Shown here in pieces: positions 28,166-36,804 of a DNA stretch of 62,372 nt. The notes under the pieces are model-generated. The model searched no databases. It had not been told where the DNA came from and was given only the letters and a program-made list of their open reading frames with translations. Each line of letters opens with the position of its first letter. Position 1 is the first letter of the stretch. This DNA comes from Thermovirgaceae bacterium. Lineage in GTDB: Bacteria > Synergistota > Synergistia > Synergistales > Thermovirgaceae. A program made the translations under genes and the position numbers. The stretch covers positions 1-62,372 of the forward strand of contig JBKHBH010000003.1 of the NCBI GenBank assembly GCA_046542505.1, written 5' to 3'.

Positions 28166-29168
28166 TCTGCACGCCTCCCTCCTCAAGTTCTTCAACTATG
28201 GACTGTACCCCCTGTTTCCTGACGAAATCCCGGGCAACTCCAAGAGCACTGCTCACGGCCCTGGCCTTCGACCTGCCGTGCGCCTTTATGACTGCTCCGT
28301 TGACACCCAGGAGGGGTGTGCCTCCGGTTCTTTCATAATCAAAGCGCTGGGATAATCCCTTGAGCATGGGAAGCATGAAGACCATTCCCACCTTCGGCAG
28401 AAACCTTTTCTGTATTTCACCTCGAATCAGGGAAAACAGCGCTTCACCGGTGCCTTCTATGAATTTGAGCAGAATGTTTCCCGTCAGCCCTTCACAAATG
28501 ACGACATCCGTAGTTCCTATCGGGATATCCTGACCTTCCACGTTTCCGATAAAATTGACAGGAGCGTTCTTGAAAAGGGCGTGTGTTTCCTGAATGAGCT
28601 CGTCACCCTTTATTTCCTCGGAACCGTTCGAGAGCAATCCGATTCTGGGCGTCTCGACAGACTGTATCGTCCTCATATAGACATCTCCCATGAGGGCGAA
28701 TTGATAGAGATTGAGGGGCTTGCATCTCACTGTAGCCCCGACGTCTATCAGAAGGCTTACACGCTCCAGTGCCGGCAGCGGGATGCCGAGCCCCGGCCTG
28801 TCGATACCCTTGATTCGCCCGACGATGAGCACGCCGCCTGCCACGATCGCTCCTGTATTCCCTGAGGAGACGCACCCGAAGGCTTCTTTCGACCGTACCA
28901 TCTGCATGGCCACGTGCAGGCTGGATTTCCTTTTTTTTCGGATTGCAACAGCGGGAGATTCGGCCATATCGATCGTTTCTTCCGCTTCCACGATGTGAAT
29001 ACGTTTGATTGTATCGGAAGCAGCATCCTCAAGATGAGGCTTGATGGCATCCTTGTCCCCCACGAGTGCGATCTCGATATCCCCGTGCTGTCTGCACGCG
29101 AGGATAGCTCCTTTGCAGATTTCACCGGGAGCGTGATCTCCTCCCATTGCGTCAAGGGCTATCAGCAC
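28155..29168 (-). CDS. plsX: Phosphate acyltransferase PlsX
   Basis: IALDAMGGDHAP, SSGNTGA, GIDRP, KAHGRS. Confidence 0.96.
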   Translation of the reverse strand: MLIALDAMGGDHAPGEICKGAILACRQHGDIEIALVGDKDAIKPHLEDAASDTIKRIHIVEAEETIDMAESPAVAIRKKRKSSLHVAMQMVRSKEAFGCVSSGNTGAIVAGGVLIVGRIKGIDRPGLGIPLPALERVSLLIDVGATVRCKPLNLYQFALMGDVYMRTIQSVETPRIGLLSNGSEEIKGDELIQETHALFKNAPVNFIGNVEGQDIPIGTTDVVICEGLTGNILLKFIEGTGEALFSLIRGEIQKRFLPKVGMVFMLPMLKGLSQRFDYERTGGTPLLGVNGAVIKAHGRSKARAVSSALGVARDFVRKQGVQSIVEELEEGGVQIGD

Positions 29169-29207
29169 GTCCTATCTCTCCTCTTTCTCTCGTTTGCTGT
29201 CTTGACG

Positions 29208-29792
29208 TTACTCCGTTTGCCTTGGAGCGCTTTCGGGATCACCGACAACTGTGATAAACCGCCCCACGAATATTTCCCGGTCACCGACCCGGGTTCTGAC
29301 ACTGACAACATACTTGTTCCCCTTGCAGGTTCCGACCTTTGCCCGGGCGACAAGTCTCTCGCCCACTTTTGCCGGAAGGCGGTACCGCAGTCTCGCCGCC
29401 CCTGTAAACACCATATCGGCCTCGATCACGGCTATTGCCAGGGAGCTGGCCTGTGCGTATATGTAATGGTCAGAAACAATTTCCGTATGCCTGAATGCCA
29501 TTTCCGGCGTTGCTGTCAAAAGTGAAAGAGCTCCGCGGTTCGGATCAAGCTCCACGAGGTCCCCGATCACTTCCTCACGTTTCAGCGACCTGAGTCTTGA
29601 GAGGGCCTGTTGCGCCATAACGCGCATTCGTTCTCTTACTTCAGGAATTCCAAGCGTGGCTCGATCCAGCCGGATTGTGCTGATGCTGACGCCCAGTATC
29701 CGGGACAGCTCCTCGTCCGTCAAAAGCGGATCCGTTTTGAGTTCGATCTGGATGCGACGATGCCGTGTGAGCTTTTCTGAAGAACGTGACAT
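29208..29792 (-). CDS. fapR: Fatty acid biosynthesis transcriptional repressor FapR
   Basis: DPLLTDEEL---GVSISTIRLDR--LGIPE-RER, RSL---EVIG, AQASSLA. First gene of the plsX-fab operon. Confidence 0.92.
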   Translation of the reverse strand: MSRSSEKLTRHRRIQIELKTDPLLTDEELSRILGVSISTIRLDRATLGIPEVRERMRVMAQQALSRLRSLKREEVIGDLVELDPNRGALSLLTATPEMAFRHTEIVSDHYIYAQASSLAIAVIEADMVFTGAARLRYRLPAKVGERLVARAKVGTCKGNKYVVSVRTRVGDREIFVGRFITVVGDPESAPRQTE

Positions 29793-29803
29793 GTTCCCCA
29801 TCC

Positions 29804-29833
29804 TTGTTATCAGGTAATAGCACCTGGTATCAG
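29804..29833. promoter_or_regulatory. Two overlapping candidate FapR operators
   Basis: TTGTTATCAGGTAATAG (29804-29820) and ATAGCACCTGGTATCAG (29817-29833) resemble the 17-bp TTAGTA-N5-TACTAA FapR box. They lie between the promoter and the fapR start. Confidence 0.6.
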
Positions 29834-29842
29834 AACACGGCA

Positions 29843-29871
29843 AGTATATCGGGTCATGATACGTCGGTCAA
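29843..29871 (-). promoter_or_regulatory. Sigma-70-type promoter of fapR-plsX-fab operon
   Basis: TTGACC-N17-TATACT. Confidence 0.8.
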
Positions 29872-29874
29872 TAG

Positions 29875-29914
29875 CAAAACCGGCATGGCGAGGGTACACC
29901 CACGCCATGCCGGT
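29875..29914 (-). terminator. Intrinsic terminator after rpmF
   Basis: ACCGGCATGGCG...CGCCATGCCGGT stem followed by TTTT. Confidence 0.75.
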
Positions 29915-29940
29915 CGAAAAAAAGATGCCTTCGCCCGCGA

Positions 29941-30153
29941 TCAGGATTCTTCCTTGTCTGCTTTGGCTGAGGCTGTTTTGACACTGACATTCCTGCCGCG
30001 GTAATATCCGCATTCAGGGCAGGCCCTGTGAGCGGGAATGGTTTCTCCGCAATGCGAACATGTTGTCATTGATGGAGCCTTGAGTGCCCCCAGCCACTTG
30101 GCTTTTTTATTATGCGTTCTCGAATGGGAAGTCTTGTTTTTGGGTACCGCCAT
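29941..30153 (-). CDS. rpmF: 50S ribosomal protein L32 (zinc-binding C+ form)
   Basis: MAVPKNKTS...CSHCG...HRACPECGYYRG. Confidence 0.95.
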   Translation of the reverse strand: MAVPKNKTSHSRTHNKKAKWLGALKAPSMTTCSHCGETIPAHRACPECGYYRGRNVSVKTASAKADKEES

Positions 30154-30763
30154 GTTTTGTCCCCCCTTTTTTTCCTTTCTGCTGATTGTCCTCGGCAAGC
30201 ACTTCCGCCAGGACGGCAAACCTTGGATCTCCTTCCATGATGTCGCAGGAACACTCTTCACGGTTTCTGTTGCAGCCGCAAAGAGGGCAAAGTCCCTTGC
30301 AATCCGGGTGGCAAAGAACCTTTTCGGGGAATGCCATTACCAACGTCTCCCAGATCTGGTCGGAAATATCAAGTGTCTCGGTTTCATTTTCAACGAGTAC
30401 CGTGTGTTCGTCGAACTCGGTCGCCTTTTCTTCTTCCTCGTTTGACGAAACATAAAAATACCTGAATTCGTGTTCCAGCGCAAGGTCAGTCTTTTCCAGG
30501 CATCGGGAACAGTGTGCTTCTGCATGTGCCCGTATCCGGATATCGGCTATGACCCGTTCACCCTGTCGCTGCATTTTCGCCTGTGCTTCGAGATTTCCGT
30601 CAAGATGAAAAGCCTGGCCCCCGTAGAGGACAATTCCATGGAGCGGAAGGTCCCAAAAGAACTCGTAGGCTCTTCCCCTTTCGAATTGTCCCGACTGGAC
30701 GGAGCAATCCCACTTTCTGGGGCGCCTGTCGAGACGCGGCAAATCTTTCCTTTCAGAAGACAT
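30110..30763 (-). CDS. YceD/DUF177 family protein
   Basis: CSRCL and LCHPDCKGLCPLCG--DPRFAVL. Upstream of rpmF. Confidence 0.88.
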   Translation of the reverse strand: MSSERKDLPRLDRRPRKWDCSVQSGQFERGRAYEFFWDLPLHGIVLYGGQAFHLDGNLEAQAKMQRQGERVIADIRIRAHAEAHCSRCLEKTDLALEHEFRYFYVSSNEEEEKATEFDEHTVLVENETETLDISDQIWETLVMAFPEKVLCHPDCKGLCPLCGCNRNREECSCDIMEGDPRFAVLAEVLAEDNQQKGKKGGTKHGGTQKQDFPFENA

Positions 30764-31960
30764 TTAGCCGGTTGTCAGCTCCTTTGTGTCTCTGGCTATG
30801 ACGAGCTCTTCGTTCGTCGGAACAATCAACGCAGAGACTCTTGAATTGTCCGTGCTGATTATGCGTTCTTTGCCCCTCACGTCGTTTTTCTTGACGTCCA
30901 GTTTTACACCGAGGAATTCGAGGCTTTCGAGAACCTGCTTCCGGACAGTCGAGCTGTTTTCTCCTATGCCCGCAGTGAAGACTATTGCGTCGATTCCCTC
31001 CATGGCAGCGGCGTAGGCACCGATATGTTTTTTTATCCCGTAACAAAGCATGTCAAGCGCCAGCCTGGCTCGCTTGTTTCCTTTGTCGGCGGCCTCTTCG
31101 ACGTCCCTGAGATCGCTGCTGATGCCTGAAACCCCGAGGACACCGCTTTCCTTGTGAAGGACATGGCTCATGAGCTTTGTATCAAGGTTTTCTTTCTCCA
31201 TGAGATACAACACGAGCGTAGGATCGACTTCTCCGCACCTTGTCCCCATGAGAACCCCGGGGACGGTGCCGAAACCGAGGCTCGTATCAACGGATTTGCC
31301 GCAATCGACGGCTGTAATCGAACTCCCGTTGCCAAGATGGCATGTTACGATTTTCAGTTCATTATAAGACCTGTCAAGGATCTCTGAAGCCCGGTGAGCC
31401 ACGTAGGCATGGCTCGTTCCATGGAAACCATACCGGCGCACGCGATGCTCTTCATAATAGTGATAGGGAACACCGTACATGTAGGCATAGTCAGGCATTG
31501 TCTGATGAAAAGCCGTATCGAAGACGGCGACCTGCGGGGTTTCCGGAAGGAGTTCGATCATAGCCTTGATCCCGGTGAGGTTCGCGGGGTTGTGTAAAGG
31601 AGCGAGTGGGACACATTCCTCTATGACTTTGAGGACCTCCTTGTCCACCACGACGGATCGTGCAAACTTTTCACCGCCGTGAACGACCCTGTGTCCCACC
31701 GATGAGAGTTCATCGAGGCTCTTGAGTACCCCGTGCCTTTCATCCAGGAGAGCATCCAGCATTTTCCTGATTCCCACCTTGTGATCGGGTATCGGTACAT
31801 CAAAAACGACGGGATCATTTTCACCCTTTTCGTGCTTGATCCGAGAACCTTCGATGCCGATTCTCTCGACCAGGCCTTTGGAAAGCACTTCCTCGGTTGT
31901 CATATCAAATACCTGGTATTTCAGTGATGAACTGCCGCAATTCAGGACTAATATCTTCAT
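30764..31960 (-). CDS. ackA: Acetate kinase
   Basis: KILVLNCGSSSLKY, GHRVVHGG, APLHNP, RRYGFHGTSH, CHLGNGSS, PTNEELVIA. Confidence 0.97.
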   Translation of the reverse strand: MKILVLNCGSSSLKYQVFDMTTEEVLSKGLVERIGIEGSRIKHEKGENDPVVFDVPIPDHKVGIRKMLDALLDERHGVLKSLDELSSVGHRVVHGGEKFARSVVVDKEVLKVIEECVPLAPLHNPANLTGIKAMIELLPETPQVAVFDTAFHQTMPDYAYMYGVPYHYYEEHRVRRYGFHGTSHAYVAHRASEILDRSYNELKIVTCHLGNGSSITAVDCGKSVDTSLGFGTVPGVLMGTRCGEVDPTLVLYLMEKENLDTKLMSHVLHKESGVLGVSGISSDLRDVEEAADKGNKRARLALDMLCYGIKKHIGAYAAAMEGIDAIVFTAGIGENSSTVRKQVLESLEFLGVKLDVKKNDVRGKERIISTDNSRVSALIVPTNEELVIARDTKELTTG

Positions 31961-32011
31961 CTTCTCATCCTCCTTGACCAAAAGCCTACCTCCGGCGTAT
32001 CGTACTGCCAC

Positions 32012-33253
32012 ATGCTCTTACGGGAGGTGGGAAAAATCGTTTGCCGTGAACACGGAGCTGTCGGCATTATCGCTGAATACAACCCCTTTCACACGGGTCA
32101 TTTATATCACATGCAGGCTGCGCGCCGCCAATCCGGCGCAAAGGCAACGATCGTGGTCCTTTCTTCGAATTTCGTCCAGAGGGGAGAACCGGCCTTTCTC
32201 GAGAAGCGGACGAGGACAGAAATGGCCCTTTCCCACGGAGCGGACCTCGTCATCGAGCTCCCCGCCCTGTATTCCACCCACAACGCCGGAGTTTTCGCAG
32301 CGGGTGCCGTGGACATACTCGCCTCCACAGGCCTTGTAACGCACCTTTCATTCGGGATGGAGACCCCTGAAAAAGTGGACGAGAAGCTTCTGAATATCCT
32401 GCTAAGCGAGCCTGATACCTTTAAAACAACCCTTACCCGAAATCTGAAAAGCGGCTTCTCTTACGCAGAAGCTCGCTCACGGGCTGCAGAGTCGCTTTTC
32501 CCGGGAGCGCGGGACATTCTTTCGAAGCCCAACAACACGCTGGCAATTTCCTACCTGCTCCGGATACGTGAAAAGGGCTACCCCATCAAACCTCTTCCTT
32601 TACAGCGCATAGGCGGAGCATACCATAGCACTGAAACGGGCTTCTTGCCAAGTGCCACGGCGGTACGCCGGGCCGTGAGGGAAAAACAGATGGAGATTCT
32701 CGAAAGGCTTCCAGAAGGAAGTGCTCGGCTGATTGAACGGGACATAAAACAGGGACGATGTTTTCGGTCGGAGATGTATTACTGGCGCATCCTGCGTTCC
32801 GTGATCATCCGCCTTGAAGCTGAAGAAATCGGGCTTTACGCAGAAATGTCCGAAGGTCTCGAAAATCGGATACTTGAAAGGGCCAAAAGGTCTGCATCCT
32901 ACGGGGAATTCGTGGAATCCTGTAAAAGCAGGCGGTATCCGCGGGGAAGGATACAAAGGCATCTGGTTCACATCCTTTTGGGGTTGCGGCATGAAGACAG
33001 CCGCAAGGCCCAGGAGACGTCTCCTCCGTATATACGGATCCTCGGGATGAACGAATCAGGCAGGAAGCTTCTCCGTGAAATGAGGGAGACGGCTTCGGTA
33101 CCGGTTCTGTTCAGGCATAAGGAATTCAGGGACTCTTTCGAAAAAACCGTCGCCGATATCGAATACAGGGCCTGCGGCTTGTGGGAAAACCTTGTTGATT
33201 CCCCTGATCCCGAGAGGGAACGAGTCGCACCACCGGTCCTTGTCAGCCGGTAA
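32012..33253 (+). CDS. tmcAL: tRNA(Met) cytidine acetate ligase (HIGH nucleotidyltransferase, YlbM)
   Basis: GIIAEYNPFHTGH-YH, SSNFVQRGEPA, PNNTLA, SATAVR, PYIRILG. Exact start uncertain. Confidence 0.88.
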   Translation: MLLREVGKIVCREHGAVGIIAEYNPFHTGHLYHMQAARRQSGAKATIVVLSSNFVQRGEPAFLEKRTRTEMALSHGADLVIELPALYSTHNAGVFAAGAVDILASTGLVTHLSFGMETPEKVDEKLLNILLSEPDTFKTTLTRNLKSGFSYAEARSRAAESLFPGARDILSKPNNTLAISYLLRIREKGYPIKPLPLQRIGGAYHSTETGFLPSATAVRRAVREKQMEILERLPEGSARLIERDIKQGRCFRSEMYYWRILRSVIIRLEAEEIGLYAEMSEGLENRILERAKRSASYGEFVESCKSRRYPRGRIQRHLVHILLGLRHEDSRKAQETSPPYIRILGMNESGRKLLREMRETASVPVLFRHKEFRDSFEKTVADIEYRACGLWENLVDSPDPERERVAPPVLVSR

Positions 33254-33740
33254 TGCTTTTTGGAGGGAATCGCTCTCTCAGCCTGCGGTACACGCCTGGC
33301 GGGACCATGTCCTGTATTGATCCTCCAAAGTGAAAGACTTCCTTGATCGTGCTGCTTGAAAGGTAAGAGTACTTCGCATCGGTGACGATGAAAAAGGTTT
33401 CTATTTCAGGGGCAAGCTGCCGATTCATAAGTGCGAGCTGAAATTCGTATTCAAAATCCGAGAGCGCCCGGAGTCCCCTGATGATGACCCTGGATTGTTC
33501 AGCACGCATGAAATCGACCAGAAGGCCTTCAAAGGATTTGACCCGTACGTTCGGCAGGTGACTCAAGGCTTCCCTGTTCATTGCCTGACGTTCATCGATA
33601 TTGAACGTGTAGTTTTTGTTTCTGTTTTGCAGAACTCCGACAATGAGTTCGTCGAAAATTGCGGCCGCACGTTCGCCAATATATATGTGTCCGTTAGTAA
33701 TCGGATCGAAGGAGCCCGGGTATATCGCCCGATGTATCAC
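33243..33740 (-). CDS. coaD: Pantetheine-phosphate adenylyltransferase
   Basis: AIYPGSFDPITNGH, IRGLRALSDFEYE, LSSS. Confidence 0.97.
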   Translation of the reverse strand: MIHRAIYPGSFDPITNGHIYIGERAAAIFDELIVGVLQNRNKNYTFNIDERQAMNREALSHLPNVRVKSFEGLLVDFMRAEQSRVIIRGLRALSDFEYEFQLALMNRQLAPEIETFFIVTDAKYSYLSSSTIKEVFHFGGSIQDMVPPGVYRRLRERFPPKSITG

Positions 33741-34245
33741 GCTTCTTCCTCCCTTCGTTTTTTTTGCGGAAAATTGACAGACAGGTGTCGCCATAGCGTC
33801 GTGTTTGAACAAGTACAAGGTCCTTTGCACCCTCTTGACGAGGTTTTTCCCGAATGGAATGTTCAATGACCAGCAGCCCTCCCTCCTCAAGCAGTTCGGC
33901 GACATCATGTGCCTCGACAATGGTCAACCATTCAACCCAACCCTTTTCATAGGGAGGGTCCGCAAAAACCAGGTCGTAGCGGGCGCCTTTCTTTTTGAGA
34001 AGCGGTATGGCCCGCCTGACATCCATGCTGTAGACTTCGGCGTTTTCATTGTATTTCAACATTTGTTTCAGTTTCACAACTTCCGTTCTTGATTTTTCAA
34101 CGAGACGTACGGATACGGCACCGCCGCCTAGTGCTTCGTCGGAGACTCGTCCGGTCCCGGCAAAAAGTTCCAGAACCTTGTATCCTTCTACTGGGCCTAG
34201 AATCTGAAACAGCGCCATAACAACTTTACGAGGGGTCGGCCGCAA
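33694..34245 (-). CDS. rsmD: 16S rRNA m2G966 methyltransferase RsmD
   Basis: RPT--V, LELFAGTG, ADPPY, RRYGDT. Upstream of coaD. Confidence 0.9.
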   Translation of the reverse strand: MRPTPRKVVMALFQILGPVEGYKVLELFAGTGRVSDEALGGGAVSVRLVEKSRTEVVKLKQMLKYNENAEVYSMDVRRAIPLLKKKGARYDLVFADPPYEKGWVEWLTIVEAHDVAELLEEGGLLVIEHSIREKPRQEGAKDLVLVQTRRYGDTCLSIFRKKNEGRKKRDTSGDIPGLLRSDY

Positions 34246-34260
34246 TTTGTTCGTGATTTT

Positions 34261-34677
34261 TTACCTGCTCCCTTCAGGTCTTCCTGCGTCCTTCCACACA
34301 AGGGGCTTGATGTCTATGACCGGTGTCCCGTCAACTGCGTCCAGTCCCTTGACGGTGAGGCGACATCCGTCAATTTTCAGCACCTCGACGGGGGTCACTC
34401 CGACAGGATTCGGTCTGGAGGGGCTGCATGTAGAAAAAAGCCCCGTGATCGGCCGGTTCACGTCACCCCGCGGATGGATTTTCACGGAGAAACCGTTGCT
34501 TTTATGAAAGACAAAAAGCACGAGAATTGACTGTCCCTTTACGATTCCCTCGAGCGCATTGCGGTAAATTTCATCCACTTCGACGACAGACGTGGCGTGG
34601 CGGAATTTCTCAGGAGACTGCAATACCTTGATCCCGGATCTGACGAAACCAATTGGATATAGGCCAAATCCCCTCAT
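34261..34677 (-). CDS. tsaA: tRNA m6t6A37 methyltransferase TrmO/TsaA
   Basis: PIGFVRS, GLFSTCSPSRPNPVG, GLDAVDGTPVIDIKP. Confidence 0.9.
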   Translation of the reverse strand: MRGFGLYPIGFVRSGIKVLQSPEKFRHATSVVEVDEIYRNALEGIVKGQSILVLFVFHKSNGFSVKIHPRGDVNRPITGLFSTCSPSRPNPVGVTPVEVLKIDGCRLTVKGLDAVDGTPVIDIKPLVWKDAGRPEGSR

Positions 34678-35624
34678 TGCCCCGCCCCTTTCTCCAGCAT
34701 GAAAACAAGATCCTGCATAGCCTTTTTTACCGAGGGCGTGGCAAAAGGTTTGGTAGCTGGATCGAGTTTCACCAGGACTCCCCTGGCCCGGGGAATGATT
34801 TTCATGAAAAAATGTTGCCGGAATTCCCCGTCCGAAGTCATCGTTTCAAGAAGAAAGGTTCCATCTGAACCCTGGTAGGAGGTTTTGAAGACCCAGCTGG
34901 TGTCTTTTGTCCCGCCTTGCCGGTCATGGAATTGCCCCAGAGTATCCAGATCGGGTGCAGGTCCATTGTATTCAAGGTGCATTCCGGAGCCCCCTTTATA
35001 GATTCGTTCCACCGTCCACGAACGTTTCTTTCGGAATCGTAACACATGGATTGTCTTTTCCTCAGCGGTCCATTTCCGTTCGTACTTTGTTGTTAACGTC
35101 CTTTTCGTGTTGATCCGGTGGCTTTCACAGAAAATGGCCGGGTGGTTATGAAGGGTTTTTTCAGCTTCGCCGGCATAGACGTCATCATCGGTCGCCATTT
35201 CAAAGAACCCGCCGTTTTTGAGAACTGATGCCAGCACGTCGGGAAAGTCTCCTGCCGTAACACGTCGTTTCTCGTGTTTTTTCTTTGGCCATGGGCATGG
35301 GAAATTCATATAAAGCTCGTCGAAAACAGAATCAGGGAAGCATTCCCGTAAAAGAAACCTGGCATCCCCCTGGATCAGCCTGATGTTTTCGAGCTTTTCT
35401 GATTCAGCTCTGGTTTGGCATTTCAAAAGGCATGTCCTGGAAACCTCAAACCCGAAAAAGAGGGTATCCGGGGCGCTTTTCGCAAGATGTACCAGGAATT
35501 CGCCGTTGCCGAAGCCGATTTCCCCTACAAGGGGAGCGCCCCTGTGTTGCTCGAGACAGGCAGTGACTGCCCTTTCGGTTTCTTTGTTCAAAATTATGTC
35601 CGCTTTCATGGTTTTTGTTCGCAC
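34674..35624 (-). CDS. trmB: tRNA (guanine-N7)-methyltransferase with C-terminal extension
   Basis: EIGFGNGEFL, NFPCPWPKKKHEKRR, ATD, TKYERK. Confidence 0.93.
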   Translation of the reverse strand: MRTKTMKADIILNKETERAVTACLEQHRGAPLVGEIGFGNGEFLVHLAKSAPDTLFFGFEVSRTCLLKCQTRAESEKLENIRLIQGDARFLLRECFPDSVFDELYMNFPCPWPKKKHEKRRVTAGDFPDVLASVLKNGGFFEMATDDDVYAGEAEKTLHNHPAIFCESHRINTKRTLTTKYERKWTAEEKTIHVLRFRKKRSWTVERIYKGGSGMHLEYNGPAPDLDTLGQFHDRQGGTKDTSWVFKTSYQGSDGTFLLETMTSDGEFRQHFFMKIIPRARGVLVKLDPATKPFATPSVKKAMQDLVFMLEKGAGQ

Positions 35625-35644
35625 CTCGTCTTTTCTGTTCTGTC

Positions 35645-35672
35645 TTGACGAAACGAGTGTTCTTCATACAAT
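35645..35672 (+). promoter_or_regulatory. Candidate promoter of por operon
   Basis: TTGACG-N16-TACAAT. Confidence 0.55.
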
Positions 35673-35912
35673 ATACATGGTTGGCGTGGCAATTTTTTTA
35701 ATATTCACAAATCGGTAATCCCGTCACTCTCACCTGCTGCAGCCGGGAACTCCATATGGTCAGTCGGAAAGGTTTTTCTGCAGCAACCTTCCGATTACCT
35801 TCCTATGTTACTATGAGTGAACGGAAAAGCGCTTGTCGTACCCCAGTCATTTTTTGAAGCGAAAAAAACGCACAGGTCCTTAAATAGGTCCTTTGATAAG
35901 GAGGGGGAACAT

Positions 35913-36488
35913 ATGTCAAAGGTCATCGAAATTCGATGGCATGGACGAGGCGGACAGGGCGCAAAAACCGGCTCTGCCATCTTGTCCGAAGTCTTGTTTG
36001 AATCCGGGAAATTTGCACAGGCCTTCCCCGAGTACGGCGCGGAACGCCAGGGAGCTCCTATGAAGGCCTACAACAGGATTTCCGAGGAACCAATCCGTGT
36101 CAGGTCTGGCGTTCTCAATCCCGATGTGGTGATGGTCATCGATTCCACCCTGCTGGACGCGGTGAACCCTGCGGAAGGGGGAAAGGAAGATACGGTCTAC
36201 ATCATCAACTCGAAGAAAAAACCCGAACAAATCAAGAAACAACTTGGACTGCCGGCCTCGGCGAAGGTAATGACCGTGGATGCTACAGGCATTACCCTTG
36301 ACGAGTTTGGGCAGAACCGCCCGAATACGCCGATGCTTGGTGCCGTAGCCAGGCTTTTCGAGGATGTTTCGCTCGACGCTTTCATCGAACATTTCGGGAC
36401 CAAGATGGGAGCAAAGCTTCCCGAGAAGGTTCTTCAGGCGAACCTCAACGCCATCAGGCGGGGTTACGAGGAGGTGCAGGAAGGATGA
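35913..36488 (+). CDS. porC: Pyruvate/2-oxoacid:ferredoxin oxidoreductase gamma subunit
   Basis: EIRWHGRGGQGAKT, FPEYGAERQGAP, NTPMLGA. SD AAGGAGG. Confidence 0.93.
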   Translation: MSKVIEIRWHGRGGQGAKTGSAILSEVLFESGKFAQAFPEYGAERQGAPMKAYNRISEEPIRVRSGVLNPDVVMVIDSTLLDAVNPAEGGKEDTVYIINSKKKPEQIKKQLGLPASAKVMTVDATGITLDEFGQNRPNTPMLGAVARLFEDVSLDAFIEHFGTKMGAKLPEKVLQANLNAIRRGYEEVQEG

Positions 36489-36778
36489 AACCGAAAGGCT
36501 GGAAGGATCTTCCTATTGCGACGACCGTACCAGCTTCCACTGCAGAGGAGGTCGAAACCGGGCAATGGCGCAGCATCAGGCCCGTCTGGGACGAGAACAA
36601 GTGCATTCACTGTCTACAGTGCTGGATCCAGTGCCCGGACAGATCCATCAAGGCAAACGAGGAAGGCAAAATGACGGGTATAGACTATTTCTACTGCAAG
36701 GGTTGCGGGCTGTGCGCCGCGGTTTGCCCGAAACAGGCAATCGAGATGCGGCCTGAATCCGAATTTCTTGAAGAATGA
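36485..36778 (+). CDS. porD: Pyruvate:ferredoxin oxidoreductase delta subunit (2x[4Fe-4S])
   Basis: TGQWR--RP, CIHCLQCWIQCP, CKGCGLCAAVCP. Confidence 0.94.
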   Translation: MKPKGWKDLPIATTVPASTAEEVETGQWRSIRPVWDENKCIHCLQCWIQCPDRSIKANEEGKMTGIDYFYCKGCGLCAAVCPKQAIEMRPESEFLEE

Positions 36779-36804
36779 AGAACGCGAAGAAGGATGTGAT
36801 ACAT

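Noticed and set aside
35693..35710. Possible Rex operator upstream of por
   Set aside because: Only the right half-site (TTCACAA) matches. The left half is a T-run.
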